IMG/VR virus record: IMGVR_UViG_3300036713_000599
Strand: one strand, 5' to 3'
Source of the DNA: a virus
Lineage: Duplodnaviria > Caudoviricetes
Length of the DNA stretch: 64,000 nt
Positions 16,933 through 26,760 of the stretch are shown here, in pieces (the stretch's first letter is position 1; each line of letters begins with the position of its first letter). Below the pieces are notes generated by a model. It was given only the letters and a program-made list of their open reading frames with translations, was not told where the DNA came from and searched no databases. The translations under genes and the position numbers were made by a program.

Positions 16933-16962
16933 GTAATACGATCTGAGTTCGCATATGTTCGG
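16933..16962 (-). promoter_or_regulatory. Class A promoter motif CCGAAC-N14-ATCGTATTAC
   Basis: Reverse-complement copy with identical spacing, upstream of 16916. Confidence 0.65.
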
Positions 16963-16976
16963 TTGTGGTTGTGAAT

Positions 16977-17438
16977 TTATCTGAGCGTGTTCGAGGGCTG
17001 TGTGTCTGGTACAGGTTCTTCGTCCGTGTTCAACCCGTCCGGTAGATCTTCCGAGAACGTGTTCCGCCTTTTTCGTTCGATGGCGAACGCGACGCGTCGG
17101 AAGATCATGGTTGTGTTGGTGAAGTTTTTGACGATGAAGTCCTCTGCTCCGAGTCGGATCATCCGGAGAGCCAGTTGCAGGTCGGTCGTATTGCTGACCA
17201 CTACAATAGGTATCTCCGGGTATGCGTTGTGTAGTGTCAAGAAGGTGTCGATACCGGACGAGTCAGGTAAATGTAGGTCCAGGATGACGCAGTCGAACAC
17301 GCCTCGCTCCAGGTAGTCACGAGCAGACTGTAGGTTACCTACCTCTCGGAACTTGGCCTCAGAGATGTAATGCTCTTGAAGGGCGAACACGAGGAGTTCT
17401 CGGTCAACGGAGCTGTCTTCGACGATCAGGATGTTCAC
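16977..17438 (-). CDS. Response regulator receiver (CheY-like)
   Basis: ILIVEDS, VILDLHLPD (phospho-Asp), IVVVS, DFIVK. Confidence 0.92.
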   Translation of the reverse strand: MNILIVEDSSVDRELLVFALQEHYISEAKFREVGNLQSARDYLERGVFDCVILDLHLPDSSGIDTFLTLHNAYPEIPIVVVSNTTDLQLALRMIRLGAEDFIVKNFTNTTMIFRRVAFAIERKRRNTFSEDLPDGLNTDEEPVPDTQPSNTLR

Positions 17439-17713
17439 ACGGCCTCCTCTATCTTTTTGACAGGAACGTGCCCTTTTGGCCCTTCAATGACACCATCTTC
17501 GATCGGCCACCCTTTTTGTAGCGCCAGTGCGTCGATATCCCGTCCGCGGACAACAGCACTTGCGATGTCTTTGGCTTGGCCACTTGAGAGCCCTGTCTCC
17601 TCACGGATCATTTGAACAAGTCTTTTGACTTTGTTTTCTTTCTTTTCTTTTGGCTGGTATTTAAAGGCTTCTTTAAGGTATCTTTGGACGACACGTGCGG
17701 TAATAGATCCCAT
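17435..17713 (-). CDS. Small protein with N-terminal ITARVVxRYL motif
   Basis: MGSITARVVQRYL; stop overlaps the REC start; alternative start at 17728. Confidence 0.7.
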   Translation of the reverse strand: MGSITARVVQRYLKEAFKYQPKEKKENKVKRLVQMIREETGLSSGQAKDIASAVVRGRDIDALALQKGWPIEDGVIEGPKGHVPVKKIEEAV

Positions 17714-17829
17714 GCTTACGTCATACATAGGTAAATTTTCGGCAGTGTCTTAGGTTTGGCCGCAGTTCAGCAGACCGGGGCACTGATTTCTGTGGCCGGG
17801 TGCTGCAGGCTTGAGCTTTACCAGACAGA

Positions 17830-18270
17830 CTAGGAGGGTGTGTAGGGAGGGGGCGTGCTTCTGTGGGGTAGTAAGGTGAACTGTAGCCACAGGTAGTGGA
17901 GTTTTCGGGCTAACCTCAACAGCTTCGGGAAACCTACAGGTTTTCGCACGAAGGCGTTGCATCTGCACTCATATGCTTTCTGTACGTCCTGAGGGTGTTT
18001 GGAATTGGTCAGGATGACAACAGGTATCAGGTTGATGTCGGGGTCGGCGTCTTGTCGGATCTCTTTGAGTACTTCAAGTCCACCTACCTTGGGCATATTT
18101 AGATCAAGTAGGACCAGTTTTGGTTTTTTGGGCATCCCTCTCAGAGTTTTAAGCGCAGCTTCCCCGTCCGTTGCAATCGTTATTGACGGCATGTGTGTAC
18201 AGGCATCCCTGAAAGCTTCTGTGAGAAGCTCGGCATCGGTCGCATTATCCTCAACCAGGAGTATGTCCAT
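17830..18270 (-). CDS. Rcp1-like single-domain response regulator
   Basis: DILLVEDN, LVLLDLNMPKVGGLEVLKEIR, IPVVILTNS...DVQKAY...NAFVRKP: Rcp1/phytochrome-partner pattern. Confidence 0.92.
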   Translation of the reverse strand: MDILLVEDNATDAELLTEAFRDACTHMPSITIATDGEAALKTLRGMPKKPKLVLLDLNMPKVGGLEVLKEIRQDADPDINLIPVVILTNSKHPQDVQKAYECRCNAFVRKPVGFPKLLRLARKLHYLWLQFTLLPHRSTPPPYTPS

Positions 18271-19348
18271 TTTCGACCCTAGGTAGTGTGAAATGGAATT
18301 TTGTACCTACCCCTGGTTTCGACCAAGGCCAGATTTTACCTCCGTGTTGCTCTATAACGCGGCGCGCGATGGCGAGACCGATCCCTGTGCCAGGGTACTG
18401 TTCGATCGTATACAGGCGTTGAAAGACACCGAAGATCTTGTTTTTGTGTTGCATGTCAAAACCGATCCCGTTATCGCTTACAGTAATCTTCCACAAAAAC
18501 GGGCCGTACGGTTCCACTTCTATTTTGATGTGAGGCGGTTCGTTTTTCCGTCGGTACTTGATCGCGTTCGAAAATAGATTCTGAATAACTTGGGCGACCA
18601 TACTACGGTCACCATGGATGAGAGGCATGTCGCCCGCTACTTCGATGCGTGCCTTAGATGTGTCTATTTTTCTGACTAGTGACCGTTTTGCTTCCTCAAT
18701 GGCAGCCCCTAACGGGAAAGGCTCGAAGGGTCTTTCTTGGCCTGCCTTCGAAAAGGCCAGAAGATCGTCTAGCTTTTTTTCCATCTGTTGTGAAACGGTC
18801 ACGATCCGGTCTAGAAAATGACACCCTCGTTCGTCTAGGGCGGACTGGTACCTTTTTTGTAGAAGGGTCGCGAATCCTGCAATCCCGGTGAGAGGCTCAC
18901 GGAGGTCGTGTGACACCAGAGACGTGAACTGAGTGAGAGCCTGGTTGACCTCTTGGAGCTTGTGTTGGTGTTCGACGGACTCTGAGATGTCTCTGGTAAT
19001 TACGACGGCAGTATTGTTCGAAGATTTTCCCATATGGGCTTGAAAGTGCTCCAAAGTACCGTTCTTTTTAGGCACAGAGTAAGACAGTATCGCACTCTCT
19101 CCTGTTTCAATGACTTTGCGGACAGCTTCTGTGATCTTGTTCGCGACGTCTTCAGGTAACAGGTCTCTGACATTTTCGCCTATGGGTTTGTTGGTGGAGG
19201 TGAACAGGTACCGCCCTTCTGCGTCGATTTCCGACACAGGATCAGGAAGGGCTTTCATGATACCGTGCAACCTGCCTAGAACTCTCCCTCTCGGGCACTG
19301 GTGTTCGTTCTCACACCTTGGTGGAGTATTTGGGATTATTTGTGTCAT
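18251..19348 (-). CDS. PAS-HisKA-HATPase sensor histidine kinase (Cph1/BphP-type kinase module)
   Basis: SHDLREPL H-box, QNLFSNAIKY N-box, DNGIGF G1, IFGVFQRL...PGTGIGLAI F/G2; one PAS, no GAF/PHY. Confidence 0.93.
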   Translation of the reverse strand: MTQIIPNTPPRCENEHQCPRGRVLGRLHGIMKALPDPVSEIDAEGRYLFTSTNKPIGENVRDLLPEDVANKITEAVRKVIETGESAILSYSVPKKNGTLEHFQAHMGKSSNNTAVVITRDISESVEHQHKLQEVNQALTQFTSLVSHDLREPLTGIAGFATLLQKRYQSALDERGCHFLDRIVTVSQQMEKKLDDLLAFSKAGQERPFEPFPLGAAIEEAKRSLVRKIDTSKARIEVAGDMPLIHGDRSMVAQVIQNLFSNAIKYRRKNEPPHIKIEVEPYGPFLWKITVSDNGIGFDMQHKNKIFGVFQRLYTIEQYPGTGIGLAIARRVIEQHGGKIWPWSKPGVGTKFHFTLPRVENGHTPG

Positions 19349-20316
19349 TGGCTGTTACTTGGTGGTGGTGTGGTCTCGATTGGTGCCGTGATGGTGGTTT
19401 TTTTGTTGGTGTTGGCCGCGAAGTAGGTCGCAGCTGCTGTGGCAAGTACGCCGAACAGAGTTAGGGCGGCGATAACTACCTTTACCCACAGGTCCATCTT
19501 GGTTCGCATTGTCTGGTTGTGTTCCTTGAGCACCGTCATACCTGTCTCAGTCACTTCGTCGTGTAGACCGTCGACGTTGCCTTCGAGAACACTGATCCGG
19601 TGGTCCAGGAGGTCAACCTGGGAACGCATACTTGGGCGATTACTGTGACCTCGCAACAGTTCTTTGTCCAAGAGTGTGACTGTTTTGATTATTTCGTCTT
19701 GCTGTAGCCCTTGTTTGGCGATCTTGAGGCTGATGTCTTGCAGTGCTGAGAAAGTCTTTCGGGACAGATCTGCCACAGCTGAGGTGGTTTCAACTTGCAT
19801 GTCTCGAATAGTGTCGGCACTGGCCCCCCTCTTTTGGGCTTTGTTCATCTTTAACTTTGTGCTAGACACTCGACGAAAACTATCCGCCTCTGTGGGTTCT
19901 AGTCTTACATTTCGTTTGTGTTTTTCGATGGCGAACACGATGCGTCGAAAAATGTCTTCTTCGTCTGTGTACTTTTTTAAAATGAAGTCGGCGGCCCCTG
20001 ATTGGATCATTTCGACTGCGAGGAGCCGATCCTTGTTGTTGGTCATCACAATGAACGGCACATGGGGGTACTGGTCGTATAGTTTTTTGAATGTTTCTTT
20101 GCCGATCGAATCAGGCAGATGAAGGTCGAGTACAACACAGTCGATTGTCTCAGTGTCCAGGATATGAACAGCTGCCGCCAGGGACGGTGCTTCGTACAAA
20201 GTTACCTCTCCTCGGAATTGTTCTTGGAGCAGGTACCGTAGGATTTCTCGGTCCGGGGCTCTGTCTTCTACGAGCAGTATGTGTTGCATTTCAAGTAATA
20301 TGGGCCACAAATGCAT
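19345..20316 (-). CDS. Receiver domain fused to coiled coil and C-terminal TM helix (likely start 20289)
   Basis: ILLVEDR, VVLDLHLPD, FILKK; then heptads and WVKVVIAALTLFGVLATAAATYFA. Confidence 0.85.
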   Translation of the reverse strand: MHLWPILLEMQHILLVEDRAPDREILRYLLQEQFRGEVTLYEAPSLAAAVHILDTETIDCVVLDLHLPDSIGKETFKKLYDQYPHVPFIVMTNNKDRLLAVEMIQSGAADFILKKYTDEEDIFRRIVFAIEKHKRNVRLEPTEADSFRRVSSTKLKMNKAQKRGASADTIRDMQVETTSAVADLSRKTFSALQDISLKIAKQGLQQDEIIKTVTLLDKELLRGHSNRPSMRSQVDLLDHRISVLEGNVDGLHDEVTETGMTVLKEHNQTMRTKMDLWVKVVIAALTLFGVLATAAATYFAANTNKKTTITAPIETTPPPSNSQ

Positions 20317-20723
20317 TTGCGACGACCAGAGGAGCAGTAAGAGTTCGGGTCTTTTGTTGCGGCTGGTATACAGTGTAGAGATACCGAGGTAACACGGTTA
20401 CCGGTAGGATCAGATGACGGCTTTCTACGAGAAGGCAGTGTTGGTGTCGGATTTAGTGATTAGGAGGTGTAGCATGGTTTGGAGATTTTCCAGTTTTGTT
20501 GGATTTTTCACTGTCAGGGTCCCAGGGCAAGAGGATCAGAAATATTCTGAGTTCTGTGAGGCTGCGGATGCTGTTATCAGGTCTAAGAAATATACGATGC
20601 TTTTCGATCCGTGCGGTGATCTTATGTTGACCAAAGGATCCCCCTCTTGATTGCTTGTGTGGAGCTGGTTGTTCCGGGGAGACGTACGAGATCTTGTTCT
20701 GGGCTTGATTCCTGGTGAAAATA

Positions 20724-20960
20724 ATGTCGAAAAAACTAGAAAGACCGGTTATCCGGGTCACCTCTGAGGAAGGCTTTCCAGGTTCCGGTTCTTGGCGTAC
20801 AGAATGTCAGTGTAATCCGGGTTGTGTTGAATACAGGTGTCTTAGTTGTAGGGAGGTGTGGTGTAGCCGTCCCAGTAAGGGCCCGTGTCCCAAATGCGGA
20901 CACCATAAATTTGTGTGGTGTAATTACACAGAATGGTGTAGATCACATGAAATGACTTAG
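20724..20960 (+). CDS. Small Cys-rich zinc-finger protein
   Basis: CLSC...CPKC plus extra Cys. Confidence 0.5.
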   Translation: MSKKLERPVIRVTSEEGFPGSGSWRTECQCNPGCVEYRCLSCREVWCSRPSKGPCPKCGHHKFVWCNYTEWCRSHEMT

Positions 20961-21088
20961 TGGTGACGTGTTGGTAAACTGTCCCTCTGGTCCTAGAGGG
21001 AGTTGAGTGGGGCTCACGCCCTGCTGTTCCTGTTTCACCTCAACGGTCCTGGTCGATGTTTGGCGTCAATGTGCGAGAGGAATGATGT

Positions 21089-23202
<2,114 letters not shown>

Positions 23203-23236
23203 CCTTCGCGTACCTTCTTGTTGGAACGCTTGGTAG

Positions 23237-23629
23237 GTGGATAATCGTCTCTTCAAAGTACACGGTCAGCGGCTACACGGCCTTCGTCGCCAGGATCTTC
23301 CCGAGGTGGCTAGGGCCATTGTGGCTGTTGTTCGTAAACAGGCCCAAGCATCGCGTGAGAGGTACCAGGGCGTCGGCTACGTACGTCTGTCGGGCTCTGG
23401 TATAGACGAGATTGTCCTGGCATCGGACTGGGATCTTGTCACGCCGTTCATAGAGGACGGCACATTTAGCCCCCTCACATACCCAACAGGGTCGTGTTTC
23501 GGGTACCTTGATCCAGACACACACTTCGACGGCGCGACGCTAGATCGAAAGGACTGGTATTTCTATCAGCGTGTTTTGGGTGTTCTTGAGCAAATCTTCA
23601 CTGACAGTTACCCTGTTCCCAACACATAG
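23237..23629 (+). CDS. Hypothetical protein
   Basis: 130 aa, co-oriented within the operon. Confidence 0.6.
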   Translation: MDNRLFKVHGQRLHGLRRQDLPEVARAIVAVVRKQAQASRERYQGVGYVRLSGSGIDEIVLASDWDLVTPFIEDGTFSPLTYPTGSCFGYLDPDTHFDGATLDRKDWYFYQRVLGVLEQIFTDSYPVPNT

Positions 23630-23638
23630 GAGACTACT

Positions 23639-23866
23639 TTGTCTGACAATAAAAATTCCCACCTCGCCCCTGGACTGAAGCTGCCTCAACCTCCGCCGCG
23701 GGAAGACAACAAAAAGGTTGTTAACATAAAGTGTCGCAATAAGGGCTGTGATTCCATGACTGCGGAAATTCTTGAGATTCCTGGAAATGGCCACCAGAGA
23801 GTATATCGCTGCACGGAGTGTGGTCACCCTATCGCTGTAAATGTGGGCGGAGGGGTTAATTTCTAA
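23639..23866 (+). CDS. Zinc-ribbon protein
   Basis: CRNKGC...CTECGH; GGAG SD before TTG. Confidence 0.7.
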   Translation: MSDNKNSHLAPGLKLPQPPPREDNKKVVNIKCRNKGCDSMTAEILEIPGNGHQRVYRCTECGHPIAVNVGGGVNF

Positions 23867-24663
23867 TGAGAGAACTAGATGTCGAGACGTTGAAGGCGTT
23901 CGAGGGATTTGTCGCTAAGCATATCCCTGGGTTTGAGGTAAGGTACAAGGACGAGTCGTACCTAATGGCCATTTTGGGAGTCCTTGCTGCACCTTTCAAC
24001 AGGGACTTTGCGACAAGATACACAACCACTTGGGGCAAGAGGGTGTACTTCCCTAGTAGGGAATTTTATCGTGTCGACCCCTCTCGGAGTTTTCGGATTC
24101 TTGCTCATGAATTCGTACACTTGTGGGATAGCCAGGAGCACTGGTACTTTAAGTTATCTTACATGATGCCACAACTCCTGGTATTGGTGCCTATCTTGGT
24201 GCTCATGTTCTTGCTGGGGACGTGCTCTTGGATCCTGGGAGTTCCGATCATAGGGTATGTCTTAGGCGCTGCCTTACGTTCTGTTCACTTCGCCCTTTTC
24301 TGGTTCGTCTTTGGTGTGTCGGTCATAGGGACGGGTATAATGTTGGTGTTTTTTGGTGGGTGGTTACCCCTTGTGGTAGGGTTAGTTGCTCTCCTCTGTT
24401 TGTGCCCATGGCCTTCCCCTTGGCGCACTAAGTGGGAGCTTAGGGGTTACGGGATGAATGTCGCATTGGCCCGGTGGTTGTACGACACCACTTCTGCAAA
24501 GCACTTTTTCAGCATTGCCCGCCACTTCACTGGTCCGAATTATTTCTACATGTGTCGATCCTTGACTAAGATCCTGGCGGCGTTGGGAGACTACACACCT
24601 AGGGACGGCGTTCCCAGGGACGAGCCATATCAGAGAGTCCGTGCATTCCTCAGAGGTTCTTAG
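23866..24663 (+). CDS. Membrane-embedded HExxH metallopeptidase-like protein
   Basis: ILAHEFVHLWD followed by 3-4 TM helices and ELRGY (third-ligand-like Glu). Confidence 0.65.
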   Translation: MRELDVETLKAFEGFVAKHIPGFEVRYKDESYLMAILGVLAAPFNRDFATRYTTTWGKRVYFPSREFYRVDPSRSFRILAHEFVHLWDSQEHWYFKLSYMMPQLLVLVPILVLMFLLGTCSWILGVPIIGYVLGAALRSVHFALFWFVFGVSVIGTGIMLVFFGGWLPLVVGLVALLCLCPWPSPWRTKWELRGYGMNVALARWLYDTTSAKHFFSIARHFTGPNYFYMCRSLTKILAALGDYTPRDGVPRDEPYQRVRAFLRGS

Positions 24664-24665
24664 TA

Positions 24666-24848
24666 ATGTCAGATTCTCTTGGCTTGGTACGATGCCTTCG
24701 GTGTAGAAGCACTTTAGACAGGAGCGGTAAAGAACCCCACCGGCTTGTCTGTTCAGCCTGTGGACAACATTTTTTGGTGGTGTTGCAGCTAGTCCCTGTA
24801 GACGCTCCAAAAGAACCTCTTCTCTTGGAAGATATTGATGCTCAGTGA
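24666..24848 (+). CDS. Zinc-ribbon protein
   Basis: CLRC...CSAC. Confidence 0.65.
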   Translation: MSDSLGLVRCLRCRSTLDRSGKEPHRLVCSACGQHFLVVLQLVPVDAPKEPLLLEDIDAQ

Positions 24849-25776
24849 TGTTCAGGAACAGAGTGAGGGTGTTCGGCTCCTTAGGCGGGTCGTCGATGGG
24901 AGTATTTCCACTCCCTTGCTCCTTGTGGGTGATGAGGGCGTAGGCCGTCGGTTTTCTGTCATCTCGGCAGCGAAAGAGGAGTTTTCCGGCGGGAACGCCG
25001 ATAGCGACCATTGTTTCAGGATTTCCAAAGAGGCTCATCCTGACCTCATTACCGTTCGCTCCGACGACAAAGGCATCGGTGTAGATACTATACGAGATGT
25101 TGTACGGCTGTCGAGTTCGTTTCCTTCAATGGTTCCTGTACGTTACGTTGTCATCGACGGTGCTGACACGATGACAACCTCGGCGTCAAACGCCCTCCTC
25201 AAGACTCTAGAGGACCCTCCGCGTTCCACAAGATTCTTTCTGCTCGCTTCTTCGTTTGAGTCGGTTATCCCAACTATTCGTTCTAGGTGCGGTCTCGTAA
25301 GATACCGATCTTTATCGGAAAAATTTATTCTTAGCTTCTTGGGACGGCACACGGACGACAACACTAAGGCACTTGTCTGCACTCGTCTCTCAGAGGGTTC
25401 GGTTGGTCGAGCCTATCAAATTCTTGCATCAGGTCGACTGTCCCTTCGGACAAAAATGTTTACCCTTTTGGAGCTGGGTTTGGCTGGAGACATATCACCT
25501 CTGTTTTCGACTATAGATGATGTCGAGAATGACCTGGATCAAGGGCTCCGTTTCCTGGGGCAACTCATCCGAGATTTGGTCATCCTCCCTTACGCTCCCG
25601 ATCGAGTTTCCAACTTGGATATTCAAGATCAGCTAGCTCTCTTTCGCGACCGGCTGGACGAAAGGTATCTAAGCAGGTTGGTCGCAGGGTTGAGTCATCT
25701 CCGGAACCAGATGAGGGGGAGTATTCACCTTCCCTTCCATATCAAGACTTACCTAGTCTCTGCCTTTGGAGTGTGA
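24838..25776 (+). CDS. holB: DNA polymerase III clamp-loader delta' subunit
   Basis: HPDLITV, IGVDTIRD, IDGADTMTTSASNALLKTLEDPP, IPTIRSRC; degenerate Walker A. Confidence 0.9.
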   Translation: MLSDVQEQSEGVRLLRRVVDGSISTPLLLVGDEGVGRRFSVISAAKEEFSGGNADSDHCFRISKEAHPDLITVRSDDKGIGVDTIRDVVRLSSSFPSMVPVRYVVIDGADTMTTSASNALLKTLEDPPRSTRFFLLASSFESVIPTIRSRCGLVRYRSLSEKFILSFLGRHTDDNTKALVCTRLSEGSVGRAYQILASGRLSLRTKMFTLLELGLAGDISPLFSTIDDVENDLDQGLRFLGQLIRDLVILPYAPDRVSNLDIQDQLALFRDRLDERYLSRLVAGLSHLRNQMRGSIHLPFHIKTYLVSAFGV

Positions 25777-25779
25777 TTA

Positions 25780-26748
25780 ATGGTCGCTAAGCCTCGACCA
25801 GGGCCTTTTCGTGTCTTTTTTGGGGACGAGGCGTACCTCCTTGATGAGATCTTGGTGAAGGCGAAGAGCCAACAGGATCGAGACGTGACTGTCTTTGACG
25901 GTAAGGATAAGGGTACTACAGGGAAGGACATTGTATCCCTGTGTGAGATGCCCAACTTCGCTGGTCAAGATAAGGGTGTTGTTGTCGATAACGCCCATAA
26001 GTTAAAAAAACCAGAGCCTCTTCTGGACTTTATCAAAGGGTGGGACGTCAATGACGATTCCGTGGTTCTGCTTATCATCGCTCGGGCAAGTAAGATTGGA
26101 TCGTGGATCAAAGCGGCTGCGGATTTAGGTGTTGTTCGGGAATTTCAGCAACCAAAACCGTGGAAGCTTGAGGAGCGTGTTGCTCGAATTAAGAGGCAGG
26201 CTGACAAGGTCGGTGTACGGTTGGATGACGACGTGCCCGAGCTTTTGATCAAGATCTTAGGTTATGACTTACGGATCATTGTTAATGAGCTGAATAAGCT
26301 GCACTACCTGGTGGACGGTGAGACAGCGAATCGAGATCACGTGCGACAACTCGTACCTTTTCTGTTTCCTGTTGAGCCTTACCAGGTAGCAGAGGCGGCT
26401 CTTAGTAAAAAGCCTGACAAGGCTATGACCTTGCTTAGTTTCGTCTACCGCAACCTTGGGGCAAGTGCACATGTTCCTGTAACGTACGCACTTTTGCGGC
26501 TCTTTGAGAGAGTTCTTCTCGTTCGGGACATGTCGGATCGCGGGGACTCTACTAAGGTCATCGCGGAACGGTTAGGGATGCATGAATTCGCCCTAAAGAA
26601 GAACCTTTTGCCTATGGCTCGTCTACACCAGGTGAGCGAGCTGAGGGCTAAGATGCAGACAGTATGTAGATTGGACACACTGGTAAAGGGGCCGGCTCGA
26701 TCTAAACGAACTCAGGTCGAACTGGTCCTTTTTTCTATCGCCTCGTGA
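25780..26748 (+). CDS. holA: DNA polymerase III clamp-loader delta subunit
   Basis: FFGDEAYLLDE, LGYDLRIIVNELNKL, MHEFALKK, ELVLFSI: HolA pattern; adjacent to holB. Confidence 0.8.
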   Translation: MVAKPRPGPFRVFFGDEAYLLDEILVKAKSQQDRDVTVFDGKDKGTTGKDIVSLCEMPNFAGQDKGVVVDNAHKLKKPEPLLDFIKGWDVNDDSVVLLIIARASKIGSWIKAAADLGVVREFQQPKPWKLEERVARIKRQADKVGVRLDDDVPELLIKILGYDLRIIVNELNKLHYLVDGETANRDHVRQLVPFLFPVEPYQVAEAALSKKPDKAMTLLSFVYRNLGASAHVPVTYALLRLFERVLLVRDMSDRGDSTKVIAERLGMHEFALKKNLLPMARLHQVSELRAKMQTVCRLDTLVKGPARSKRTQVELVLFSIAS

Positions 26749-26760
26749 GGAAAACCCCCG

